Below the pieces are notes generated by a model that did not search any database, was not told the DNA's origin, and saw nothing but the letters and a program-made list of their open reading frames with translations. A stretch of 64,000 nucleotides of DNA from an uncultured Thermoleophilia bacterium (lineage in GTDB: Bacteria; Actinomycetota; Thermoleophilia; UBA2241): the NCBI GenBank assembly GCA_963715985.1, contig CAVQSP010000013.1, positions 64,001-128,000 of the forward strand, given 5' to 3'. Positions within the stretch are counted from its first letter, which is position 1, and every line of letters begins with the position of its first letter. Of the stretch, positions 52,401-61,801 are shown piece after piece. The position numbers and the translations under genes were made by a program.

Positions 52401-52543
52401 CACGAGACCGCGAGCCCCGCGGCGACGCCGAGGACGACCATGCCCAGCAGGATCGACCCGTCGCCGATCCCGTGACCGGCGATGGTGAGATTGACGCCCG
52501 TGCCGAAGGCGACGTCGGGGCCCTCTCGCCGAGGCTTGCTCAT
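49472..52543 (-). CDS. Membrane GGDEF - CHASE4-like - HAMP - GAF - HD-GYP protein
   Basis: 2 TM, 'RAFDTAGRIGGEEF', TM, 'DYASWPD' CHASE4-like loop, TM, HAMP 'RPL..L...HDEIG', GAF, 'LHDIGK...AHERWDGTGYP'; ATGA overlap with the upstream gene. Confidence 0.9.
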   Translation of the reverse strand: MSKPRREGPDVAFGTGVNLTIAGHGIGDGSILLGMVVLGVAAGLAVSWISATQVVVAPGRATSFYLYGAAIGACAGAVSWMVARATLFRANRRLSRLASYDMLTGLANQPHFFRRLDEELSRASRLCHAVSLIVIDLDDFKSINDSFGHPVGNETLAAVAADIIDSLRAFDTAGRIGGEEFAVLLPEAGKRQALHVAERIRIAAAETAHGELPSVTVSAGVATFPGDALSTHLLLKRADDAMYAAKRAGKNATVGWSSALVAEDPEPAADERTGALPVAVSLDAALSSSENPQVTSAPASVRPPAGAPAPAASPRSWPSAWSLHGVRARFLLAFALVAVVPLGTYALVMQYRYAGSMDNVARADATAAVRGVKTALGMKADDQLNNLVDYASWPDFQKAIRSRDMAWMQSNVLGPVVDIYPIQAVAIFAMDGTLVAETDKAAADWQDPTVQAAANEKPAWGVSKSGGGLFIVTAATVTGWERKGRPAGVAVFSRLIDDGLLEELGRYSNADLGLYLDGRLTASSSSDGPHPADLSTAQAGRHHTDGEDAWTTVFANLAAPRVIPGSALQVAVDCAHLHATQRDLFWKSLAAALVCLFIALCAGGLMTTRISRPLLQLAAAARALANGEAGHKLRLDRHDEIGVVASAFDDMTGEVDRRLGELSDTVDALSSGLAELGSFGETLVDGHDIEGGIRGLAGRIRALTGSDYVRIRLTTTGRPVVSVIDGQPGGADAAIADLERRATANRLPSRLARDQRAPGEATPDVPLLLRSLLVVPITRGDTVVGTLALGRADETEYARHETALAAVIASLVAVVARSGDVYDQLEGNYFQTVTALAAAMEAKDHYTATHADVLAAIAVEIGRRFELDDGSLRILQYAAVLHDIGKIGVPGAILNKPGRLSPEEFAAIAQHTVIGERIISSIDYLLPVARIVRSAHERWDGTGYPDGLPGEAIPLEARIIFVADSFHAMTSDRPYRRRMPAEEALSEIRECAGSQFDPAVVEAFMAMRPTLEELEGTASLAVG

Positions 52544-55255
52544 CCGTCCGGAGCCTCGAGGCGAGCGATGAACGTCTCCACGATACCCGGGTCGAACTGG
52601 GTGCCCGCGCACGCGCGCAGCTCGAGGATGGCCTCCCGGTTCGAGAGCGCCTTGTGATAGGGGCGATCGCTGGTCATCGCGGAGAAGGCGTCGGCGACCG
52701 CGAGGATGCGGCCGAACAGCGGGATCTCACCACCCGCCAGGCCGCGAGGGTAGCCTGTGCCGTCGTAGCGTTCGTGATGGGAGACGACGGCGGCGCGGAT
52801 CTCCTCCACGTCGGGTATGGCGGCGATGATCGTCTCGCCGAGGGCGGAGTGTCCCTTGACGAGCTCGTACTCCGCGGTGGTGAGGCGCCCCGGCTTGCGC
52901 AGGATGCGATCGGGGATGCCGATCTTGCCGACGTCGTGGAGGAGGGCGGCGACGCGCAAGACGCGCTGGCTGGTCTCGGACAGCCCGAGGGCATCGCCGA
53001 GCGCCAGTGCGTGCTCGGTGACCTCTTCGCTGTGGTGCCGCGTGTAGCAGTCCTTGTTGTCGACCGCGGTCACCAGCGACTCGAAGAGACCGGTACGCAG
53101 CGGCCTCGTCGTCTTTGGAGGGCTGCCTCTCCTCGGCGCCGGTGACCGCGTCGCCGCCGCGGCGCTTCGACGCATACAGGTTGGCATCGGCCATCACGAC
53201 GAGCGCGTTGGCATCCTCTCCATCCTGCGGATAGGCGGCGATGCCGAAGCTGGCGTGTATCGGGATCTGCTCGCCTGCCTCTGTGACGTAGGGCGCGGCC
53301 GCGAGTGCAGCGCGCAGCTTCTCGGCCACCGCGCCGGCCGCGGTGGCCGAGGTCTCGGGCATCAGGACCAGGAACTCATCGCCGCCGTAGCGGCCGACGA
53401 CGTCCGAGCCTCGCGAGTTCACCTTCAGCAGCCCGGCGACCTGACGCAAGACGACGTCGCCGCCGGGATGCCCGTAGGTGTCGTTGAGCAGCTTGAAGCC
53501 GTCGATGTCCAGCATGGCCAGGCTGAAGTGCGTGCCGTAGCGCTGCGCACGGGCCTGCTCTCTGTCGAGGAACGTGTGGATCATGCGGTGGTTGGCCAGC
53601 CCAGTGAGGGAGTCGGTCTCGCTGAGACGGCGCAGTCGGCGCAGCAGCTTGGCGCTGCGCACGGCCTCCCCGGCCAGCTCGCCGAGGGCCGTCGCCAGAG
53701 CGATCTCGTCGTCGGTGTAGTCGTGCTCGCAGGCGCTGTCCCAGAACGCGAGGATGCCCGTGGGGCCCTCCACGGATTGCATGGGGACGGTCAGACAGCT
53801 CTTCTCTCCCCACTCCTCCATCTCCGCGCGGCTGGCGGGGTCGAGTCGCGGGTCCGAGAGCTGCTCGACGAGTGGCTGGCCCGTCTCCAGGACGGTGCGG
53901 CTCACGAGGTCACCGTCGAGCGGCAGCGGTTCGCCCAGCCTGTCCCAGCCCGATGGCGTCTTCTCCCACATCGCCCGGGCGACGATGGCGTCGCGGTCCT
54001 GGTCGTGCTCATAGGCGACGCACTCAGAGACGCCGAGCACCTCGCCGGCGCTCCGGGTCACGATCGCGAGTGCTTCCTCCACGTTCTGGGCGCTGGCCAC
54101 CGCCCGGCTGGAGGCGAACAGTGACGCCATCCTGAGAGCCTGCTCCTCCTGCGAACGAAGGACTTCCGCGTCCTTGATCGACATCGCGATCAGCTGGCAG
54201 ATCGAGATGACGTTGGCGATTTGCTCGGGATCGATCGTGCGGTCCACGCGGCTCTCGCTGATCTCGACCAGTCCTATCACCTCGTCTCGGGCGATGAGGG
54301 GCACAATCAGCATCACCCGCTCATCCCAGCGGCGCATGTCGTCCCGCTCTCTCTGCGAGAGGCGCGGATCGTCAGGCGAAGAGATCAGTACAGGCCGGCG
54401 CGTACGCATGGCCTCCTTGTCGACCGCCCAGAGGTCCGCATCCTCGCGCAGGCCCAGGTAGTCGGGATATGGCTCACCGCGCCAGACGCTGGCCAGGCAG
54501 TGCAGTGTCCCATCGTCCATCAGCCGATACACGTCGCAGTCAGGTAGCTCCACCAGCCGGCTCAGCTTCATCGACATGGACGACCAGAGTTCGCTGGGAT
54601 TGGTCGTCGAGGCGAGCTCTGCGCCGATGTCCCGGACCGCGGATTGAGCCCGGAGTATGGACATCCTGCTTCTACGCAGCGCCGTGGTCACCCATGCCAG
54701 CGTCTCGGCGACGAGGGCGCAGGCAAGGCCGACATACACGGCAGAGCTTGCCGCCTGGGCCACTTGGGCGTCGCCGTACAACGCCGGGACGATGTAGGCG
54801 ACGGCGAACAACGGCAGCAGCTTCAGCCCCGTCCACCGGGGTTGCGCCAAACCGACCCACACGAAGACGATGACGAAGAAGACGCCGTAGAGATAGGGGT
54901 CGTCGCCGCCCAGTACATTGCGGAGGGCGATCAGGCAGAATCCAACGGGCACCAGAAGCAGACTGGCCCATTGCTGCCAGGAGTCCCACGGCAGGTACCA
55001 GGTGACGATTCCCGCGGTCGCGGCGGCCAGGCCTACGAGGAGCACGCCGAGAGGATCCTCGCCGGGAGCGTTGGGCCGCACCAGGCTGGCCAGGCTCATC
55101 AGCCCGCTGGCGAAGAAGAGGACGGCCGCCGCCCGCCCGAGGAGTCGCCGCGAAAGCCATGGGCCGGCCGGTTCCCCGCCGGCCGGCGGAACGGACAGGC
55201 CTGTGAGTTCACAAGCATCGCCCGCGACCGCTGTCTCTCTCGTTCCAGCGTCCAC
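52540..55255 (-). CDS. Membrane 2xGAF - GGDEF - HD-GYP protein (frameshift ~53095)
   Basis: About 5 N-terminal TM, two GAFs, 'RGSDVVGRYGGDEF', then ORF 52540..53187 'LHDVGK...HHERYDGTGYP'. GTG 55255 preferred over ATG 55312 because a promoter lies between them. Confidence 0.88.
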
Positions 55256-55262
55256 CGGACGT

Positions 55263-55290
55263 GTGTCGGCACCTCGCGCGAGCGCCTTGA
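55263..55290 (-). promoter_or_regulatory. Sigma28 (FliA/WhiG)-type promoter, probably leaderless transcript
   Basis: Minus strand TCAA-N16-GCCGACAC, then 7 nt to in-frame GTG 55255. Confidence 0.7.
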
Positions 55291-55414
55291 GCAGGCACGA
55301 CGGATGTCTCATCGCCGACGGCGCCGCGATCCAGGGATACGAGGGTGCGTGAGAGCGCTACCATTAGGCGGTGCCGGGGACTCCGGCGTTCCCTGCGATG
55401 ATCGGAGGTCGACC

Positions 55415-55720
55415 ATGGCGGACATCCCGTATCTCTTCATCTTCCTGACGCCCGGGTGTGACCCGGCGACGCATCGCGCGTCCATGGACACGCCCGAGGG
55501 CGCCGCCACAGTGGTGGGCGTCGGAGATGTCGCGCAGGCTTGTGAGGTGGCCGCCGCCGCGGCCGCGAGCGGCGAAGCGGCATTCGTGGAGTTGTGCGGC
55601 GCCTTCGGGGAGGACGGCTGCCGCGAGGTCATCGCGGCGGTCAACGGCGCGCTGCCGGTGGGCTACGTGACGTACTTCCCGGAGGAGGGGGCCAAGATCG
55701 ACGCCCTGTTCGCCTCCTGA
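55415..55720 (+). CDS. Small DUF6506-like protein
   Basis: RBS GGAGG; 'YLFIFL..G.DP', 'VVGV', 'VELCGAFG', 'PVGYV'. Confidence 0.7.
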   Translation: MADIPYLFIFLTPGCDPATHRASMDTPEGAATVVGVGDVAQACEVAAAAAASGEAAFVELCGAFGEDGCREVIAAVNGALPVGYVTYFPEEGAKIDALFAS

Positions 55721-55762
55721 GCCGCCGGGCGGGCGGGAGAGAAGCCGGCCGGGGCCGCAGGG

Positions 55763-57285
55763 TCAGGAGCGCCCGGCCTCCGGCGCCGATCCGCCGGGCC
55801 ACGAGCGGTACAGGCGGCGCAGCGGCGTGAGGATGGCCTCGTAGTCGGTCCAGCGGCGCTGCCAGAGGCGGGCGGCCGCCTGATCGGGCGTGAACCGCCC
55901 TCCTCGCGCCGGCGGGGCCGGCAGAGCGCGGCCGGCGGCGGCCGCGGCCAGTCGCGCCGCGCCGGCCGCGGAAGACGTCTCTTTGGGGTCGCCGATGAGC
56001 ACCTCGCGGCCGCTGGCGTCGGCGAGGCGCCGGCAGAACCACGGCTCCGCCGTGCGCCAGGCCACACGTACCTCCCCTTCGGGCAGGCCGAAGTCGCTGA
56101 GCCGCTCCAGGCAGCGGCGGCTCTCGAGCACGATGCCGTCGAGCACGGCCCGCGCCACGTCGCCGGGGCCGTGGGAGAGCCCCAGCCCCACGAGCGTGCC
56201 GCGTACGTCGTTGTCCCACAGGGCGCCCTGCTCGCCCACGCCGACGAAGGGGAGGGCCGCCGGCATCGCTGCGTCCTCGGCGGCGGCCGCGGCCTCGAAC
56301 ACGCGCGCCTGACCGTCGGCGCCGAAGCCGAGGAGCTTGGCCAGCCACTGGACGGCGGCGCCGGTGCTCACGAGGTCCATCTCCACGCCCCACCCGGTGA
56401 TGGCCAGCGGCGTGATCAGGCAGCGCCGCTGCGGGTCGGCCACCGGGGTGCTGCCGGCGCCGAGGATCACCGTACTCGTGCCCCACACATAGGCCACGGA
56501 ACCCGGTGTCACGGCGCCGAGCGCCTCCGCGGCGAGCACGGAGTCGGCGGCGCCCACGCATACCGGCAGCCCGGCGGGGAGGCCAAGTGCCGTTGCCCTG
56601 GCCGGATCCAGCGGCCGCGTGGCGGTGGACGGCGTCACCGGCGGCAGACGGCGCCCGGCCGGCCTCCTGAGACGCTCACGTGGGCCAGTGCCGCCACGTG
56701 CGGCAGCCAGTCGGCACGGCCGAGGTCGTAGCACCCGTAGCCGGTGGCCGTGCTGGGGTCGGTCGCGGCTTGTCCGGTGAGCCAGTAGAAGAGGTAGTCC
56801 TTGGCGCTCAACAACAGGGCGGCGCGCTCTGCGACCTCGGGCTGATGGGCGAGGAACCAGGCGAACATGGGCAGGAGGTAGCGGCCGTCGAGAGGCTGGC
56901 CGGTGAGCTCGTAGAGGGCCTGCCCACCGGCCTGATCGGCGATCTCCGATGCTTCGGCGTGAGCCCGGCAGTCCTCCCATGTCAAGGCCGGGTGCAGCGG
57001 CTCACCGGCCGCGTCGACCATCGCGAGGGTCGGGATCATGCCGGAGAGGCCGATGCCGCCCCAGCTCTGCGGCGGCACGCGCGCGGCGATGGTGGCGAGG
57101 GCTGCCCGCGTCGCCCCGGTCCACGAGGCGGGGTCCTGCTCCGCGAGTCCAGGCCCGGGCCGCGCCGTGTCGTACCCCTCGCGCGCCTCGGCGACGGCCG
57201 CACCGCTGCCGTCGAGCGCGACGGCCTTGAGGCTCGACGTGCCGAGGTCGAGCCCGACCCACACCGTGTCCCGGCCGTCACTCAC
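55763..57285 (-). CDS. FGGY-family carbohydrate kinase (xylulokinase-like), frameshift ~56660
   Basis: 'GLDLGTSSLKA', 'AEQDP..W', 'LTWEDCRA', 'AKDYL...LTG..ATDPSTA', 'GAADS', 'WGTS'. Confidence 0.9.
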
Positions 57286-57324
57286 GACCCGCCGCCCGGT
57301 CCGCGCCGCGCCACGGCGCGGCGC

Positions 57325-58680
57325 TCAGGAGCGCGCACGCGCGACGGCGGCGAAGGAGTCGCCGGCCCTCTCGAGGGTCTCGTCCACGTCGGCGTCGGTG
57401 TGGACGAGCGAGACGAAGAGGTTCTCGTACTGGCTGGGGTGGAAGAGCACGCCCCGCAGCAGCATCTCCTGCCACCACGTTGTGAACGCGGCCTCGTCGG
57501 CCCAGCGCTCGGCGTCGCGCCAGTCACGGATGAGGTGGTCGGTGAACCAGAGCTGGAACACCGTGCCCAGACCCTCCACGCGTACAGACAGGCCCGCGTC
57601 CTCGGCCAGCTCGCGCAGCCCCGCGGCGAGCCGGTCGCCCACGTCGCGCTGGCGCTCGTACAGGCCCGGCTCGGCGAGCACGTCCATGGTCGCCGAGACG
57701 GCGGCGCACTGCACCACGTTGGCGTTGTACGTGCCGGAGTGGGAGTACCTGCCCTCGGCGATCATGCTCATGACCTCGCGGGTGCCGCCGATGGCGGCCA
57801 CCGGGAAGCCGCCGCCGAGGCCCTTGGCCAGCGTGGTGAGGTCCGGCATCACGTCGTACCACTCCTGGGCCCCGCCGCGGCAGAAGCGGAAGCCGGTGAT
57901 GACCTCGTCGAAGATGAGAAGGGCGCCATGCCTACGCGTCTCGGCCCGCAGCAGCTCGAGGTAGCCCGGCTCCGGCAGGATGCAGCCGGTGTTGAACACC
58001 GCCGGCTCGGTGATGACGGCGGCCACCTCGTGGCCGCGCTCGTCCATGAGCCGGCTGAAGCTCTCCGGGTCGTTCCAGCTCAGCACGACGAGCGTGTCGG
58101 CGAGCTCCTGTGGCACCCCGGGGCCGGCCGCGACCGGGCGCGGATGCGCGGCCGGCCCCGCCTCCACCGGGTCGACGTGGTTGCTCCAGTACACGACGTC
58201 CTGCCAGCCGTGGTAGTGGCCCTCGAAGCGCACGAGGAGGCGGCGTCCGGTGTGGGCGCGGGCGAGGCGCACGGCCGTACCCACCGCCTCGCTGCCTGAA
58301 TTCGTGAAGCGCACCATGTCGAGGCTCGGGACCGCGTCGACCACCTTGCGTGCCGCCTCGATCTCCAGCTCGTACGGCAGGCCGAAGGAGGTGCCGTACT
58401 CGGAGATGGCGTGGGCCACCGCCGCCGTCACCGCCGGGTGCCGGTGGCCGAGGATGTCCGGGCCCAGGCCGAGCAGATAGTCGATGTACTCGTGCCCGTC
58501 CACGTCGCGCATCCGCGCGCCGCTGCCGCCGGCGATGAACGGCGGATAGGGCTTCCAGCCGAACTTGACGGTTCGGGCACTGCTTCCGGCGCCCCCGGGG
58601 ATGATCTCGCTCGCTCTCTCGAACAGCTCGCGAGAGCGGGGAGCGTACTCCGCGTACCTGGTGTCGAAACCCACGGACAT
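57325..58680 (-). CDS. Class III PLP aminotransferase (GSA-aminomutase-like)
   Basis: 'DVDGHEYIDY', 'RFTNSGSEA', 'FEGHYHG', 'LIFDEVITGFR', 'DLTTLAKGLGGG', 'SGTYNAN'. Confidence 0.93.
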   Translation of the reverse strand: MSVGFDTRYAEYAPRSRELFERASEIIPGGAGSSARTVKFGWKPYPPFIAGGSGARMRDVDGHEYIDYLLGLGPDILGHRHPAVTAAVAHAISEYGTSFGLPYELEIEAARKVVDAVPSLDMVRFTNSGSEAVGTAVRLARAHTGRRLLVRFEGHYHGWQDVVYWSNHVDPVEAGPAAHPRPVAAGPGVPQELADTLVVLSWNDPESFSRLMDERGHEVAAVITEPAVFNTGCILPEPGYLELLRAETRRHGALLIFDEVITGFRFCRGGAQEWYDVMPDLTTLAKGLGGGFPVAAIGGTREVMSMIAEGRYSHSGTYNANVVQCAAVSATMDVLAEPGLYERQRDVGDRLAAGLRELAEDAGLSVRVEGLGTVFQLWFTDHLIRDWRDAERWADEAAFTTWWQEMLLRGVLFHPSQYENLFVSLVHTDADVDETLERAGDSFAAVARARS

Positions 58681-58686
58681 CTCAGC

Positions 58687-60384
58687 TCACTGCGCCGTGG
58701 TGAAGTAGTACGCCGGGTAGTCGAAGATCCACACCGGATGGAGGAAGAAGTTGCCCACGTCGGCGGTGTGCATGGAGTTCACCTTGGGCTGGTACAGCGG
58801 CACGCTCGGCGCCTGCGCCATGATGTCGTCCTGGATCTGCACGAACTGGTCGATGCGCGCGGCCGGGTCGGTGTTCGCCTGCGCCTTCGCGATGAGCGTC
58901 TCCACCTGGGGGTCCCACCAGAAGCTCGGGTTGGTACCCTCCTCGATGGCCGAGCTCTTGCTGTACAGCGGGATGATGAAGTCGCTGGGGTCGGGGAAGT
59001 CCATCCACCAGTCGTTGAGGCCCACGCCGCACTCCCCGGGCTTACCGATGAGCGTCCAGTAGGTGGCGCGGTCGAGCACCTTGAGGTCACTCGCGATGCC
59101 GATCTCCCGCAGGTCCTGCTGGACCGACTGCAGCACCTTGGGCCACGGGTCCACATTGTGCGAGTAGAGCGTGGTCTTGAAGCCGTCCGGGAAGCCGGCC
59201 TCGGCGAGCAGGCTCTTGGCCTTGGCGACGTCGTAGGGATAGGACTCACCGGCGGCGCCGTCCTGGTGCCCCTGCAGCCCGGCCGGGTACAGCTGGGTCA
59301 GGGGGTCGGCGGCGCCGCTCAGGAGCTTGATGATGCGCGTGCGGTCGATGGCCATGCTGATCGCCTGCCGCACCTTGAGGTCGTCGAACGGCTTCACGGT
59401 ACGGTTCAGGAACAGGTAGTCGATGGCGATGACGGGCTCCTCCACCACGAGCTTGGAGAACTTGGGGTCGGTCTTCACGCGCACGTAGTCGGCCGGCGGG
59501 ATGTAGTCGCCGAGGACGTTCACGTCGCCCCGCTGCAGCTTCAGGACCGCGGTGGACGGGTTCAGCGAGAACTCGAAGCGGACGGCGTCCAGGTACACCG
59601 TGTCGGGCGCGTAGTAGTTGGGGTTGCGCTGGACGAGGATCTCCCGGCCGGCCGTCCAATGGTCGAACATGTAGGGGCCGGTGCCGAGCGGGTGCCGGTT
59701 GATCTGCCGGCCCCACTTCTCCACCCACTCCCTGGCGACCACGTCGGTGAACGACATCGTCATAGCGCCCATGAAGGCCATGTCCGGCTGCTCCAGCTTG
59801 ATGACGACGGTGTACGGGTCGGGGGTCTGATAGCCGGCGATGTGCTTCGCCTTGCCGGCCATGAACGCCTCCGCACCTGCCACGCCGGTGTAGAAGCCCG
59901 TGGCCGGCGCCTTGGGATCGGCCATCATGCGCTCGAAGCTGTACTTGAAGTCGGCGGAGGTGACCTCCCGGTCCACCGGCGGTGCGAACTTGATCCCCTG
60001 CTTGAGGTGGAACGTGTACGTGGTCCCGCCGTCGGCGATGCCGCCGTTCTCCTGCGTGGGCACCTCGGTCGCGAGGTCGGGGAGCATCTCCGTGCCCGCC
60101 GTGCCGGGCTTGGCCGCGTACTGGAGGAAGGTGTTGAACAGGCAGTGCTCGATGGCCCAGCCCTGGCCTTCCCAGTCGATGGCGGGGTCCAGGCCTTGCG
60201 GCTCGCCCTGGTAGGTGGCGACGAGCGTGCCGCCCTTCACCGGCGAGCCGGTCGCGGCGGGGGAGGACGAGGCGGAGCTCGAGCCCCCGCCGCAGGCGCT
60301 CAGGGCGAGGAGGGCGACGGTGAGCAGTGTGAGAGCGGAGCAGAGAGGCACACTCGTCGCGAGGGGCCGGACGCGCAGGTGCAT
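58687..60384 (-). CDS. ABC transporter substrate-binding lipoprotein (family 5, Opp/Dpp-like)
   Basis: Lipobox 'LALSAC', 'LDPA', 'PDLA', 'YTFHLKQGIKF', 'GTGPY', 'PFDDLKVRQAI'. Confidence 0.93.
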   Translation of the reverse strand: MHLRVRPLATSVPLCSALTLLTVALLALSACGGGSSSASSSPAATGSPVKGGTLVATYQGEPQGLDPAIDWEGQGWAIEHCLFNTFLQYAAKPGTAGTEMLPDLATEVPTQENGGIADGGTTYTFHLKQGIKFAPPVDREVTSADFKYSFERMMADPKAPATGFYTGVAGAEAFMAGKAKHIAGYQTPDPYTVVIKLEQPDMAFMGAMTMSFTDVVAREWVEKWGRQINRHPLGTGPYMFDHWTAGREILVQRNPNYYAPDTVYLDAVRFEFSLNPSTAVLKLQRGDVNVLGDYIPPADYVRVKTDPKFSKLVVEEPVIAIDYLFLNRTVKPFDDLKVRQAISMAIDRTRIIKLLSGAADPLTQLYPAGLQGHQDGAAGESYPYDVAKAKSLLAEAGFPDGFKTTLYSHNVDPWPKVLQSVQQDLREIGIASDLKVLDRATYWTLIGKPGECGVGLNDWWMDFPDPSDFIIPLYSKSSAIEEGTNPSFWWDPQVETLIAKAQANTDPAARIDQFVQIQDDIMAQAPSVPLYQPKVNSMHTADVGNFFLHPVWIFDYPAYYFTTAQ

Positions 60385-60511
60385 CGGGACTCCTTTCCGG
60401 CGGCTCGACGCCCGCTCCGGACTTGGCAATATGTGCGCGATTGTACAGCGAAGTGCCTGCTATCATCGCCAAACAGGCGGCGCCCGCCGCGACGGCCCAC
60501 CAGCGGAGGTC

Positions 60512-61645
60512 ATGATGCTCGATCTCGAGACGCTCCTCGCCGAGATGGTGCGCATCGACAGCACGAACCCCGGCCTCGCCGGCGGGCCGGGCGAGGCGGC
60601 CTTCGCCGCCTACCTCACCCGGCAGATGGACGCGCTCGGCATGGAGGTCGACGTCTGGGACGTGCTGCCCGGCCGGCCCAACGTGGTCGGCCGCCTGCCC
60701 GGCAGCGGCGCCGGCCGCAGCCTGATGCTGCTCGGCCACTTGGACGTGGTGGGCCCGTGGGGCCCGGACGCGTTCGAACCCGTGGTCCGCGACGGGCGCA
60801 TGTACGGTCGCGGTGCCGCCGACATGAAGTGCGGCTTCGTGTCGGCGCTGCTGGCGGTCGAGCAGCTGATCGCCGCCGGCGAGCCCCTCGTCGGTGACGT
60901 GGTGATCGCCGGCGTCATCGACGAGGAGTGGGAGAGTGCCGGCGCGGAGGCGCTGCCGGGGCGCCGGCGCGCCGACGGCTGCGTGGTGGTCGAGTGCTCG
61001 GACCTCGACGTCATCACCGAGCACGGCGGCTTCGCCTGGTACGAGATCGAGAGCCACGGCGTGGAGGCGGCCGGCGCCGACCCGGACCGCGGCGTCGACG
61101 GGATCGCCCTGCTGGCGCCCGTGCTCGCCGGCATCACGGCGCTGGACGCGGAGCTGGAGCGGCGGCCTCGTGCCGCCTACGGGCGCGGCAGCATCCACGC
61201 GAGCACCATCTCCGGCGGCGACCAGCTGCCCGTCTACCCCGCGCGCTGCGTGCTCGGCGTGGAGCGCTGCCTGGTGGCCGGGGAGACGCTGGCGCAGGCG
61301 GCGGCGGAGATGGAGGCGCTGCTCGCCAGGGCCGGCGCGGCCGACCCGCGCTTCCGCGGCGAGCTGCGCACCGTGGTGGCGAGGGAGGCGCTGTCGCAGG
61401 CGGCGGACGAGCCGGTCATCGTCGCCGTCGCACGGGCGGCTGCGGCGGAGCTCGGCCGCCCGCCGGTGCTGCGCGGCGACATCGCCTGGGGCGACTCCGG
61501 CCTCATCGCGGAGGCCGGCATACCCGCGGCCACGTTCGGCCCCATCGGGCACGGAGAGCACACGGCCGGCGAGTGGGTGGACCTGGCATCCGTGGCGACC
61601 ACGGCGCATGTCCTGGCGGGTACCGCGCGCGCTTTCTGCGTCTGA
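60512..61645 (+). CDS. M20 family ArgE/DapE-like amidohydrolase
   Basis: RBS GGAGG; 'LLGHLDVV', 'YGRGAADMK', 'IDEE', 'GPIGHGEH'. Confidence 0.92.
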   Translation: MMLDLETLLAEMVRIDSTNPGLAGGPGEAAFAAYLTRQMDALGMEVDVWDVLPGRPNVVGRLPGSGAGRSLMLLGHLDVVGPWGPDAFEPVVRDGRMYGRGAADMKCGFVSALLAVEQLIAAGEPLVGDVVIAGVIDEEWESAGAEALPGRRRADGCVVVECSDLDVITEHGGFAWYEIESHGVEAAGADPDRGVDGIALLAPVLAGITALDAELERRPRAAYGRGSIHASTISGGDQLPVYPARCVLGVERCLVAGETLAQAAAEMEALLARAGAADPRFRGELRTVVAREALSQAADEPVIVAVARAAAAELGRPPVLRGDIAWGDSGLIAEAGIPAATFGPIGHGEHTAGEWVDLASVATTAHVLAGTARAFCV

Positions 61646-61726
61646 CGCAGGCGGGCAGGAGCGCACCTCGTCCTCGCCTCGCTCGCGGAGCGCCCGCGCA
61701 CGCATGCGGACCCCGTCGGCGGCCCG

Positions 61727-61782
61727 TTGGCCGCCGCGCCGCGGCGGCGGTAGACTACGGACGTTGAAGGACCGTTCAACGT
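61727..61782 (+). promoter_or_regulatory. Promoter with a palindromic operator at the transcription start
   Basis: TTGGCC (61727-32), 18 nt, TAGACT (61751-56); ACGTTGAA-N6-TTCAACGT at 61761-61782. Confidence 0.7.
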
Positions 61783-61801
61783 TCTGACCTTTGGGGGGCT
61801 C

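Noticed and set aside
57325-58680. Calling the aminotransferase hemL
   Set aside because: Same family, but the N-terminal motif is PGGAGSSAR rather than PGGVNSPVR, and the context is catabolic with no tetrapyrrole genes.
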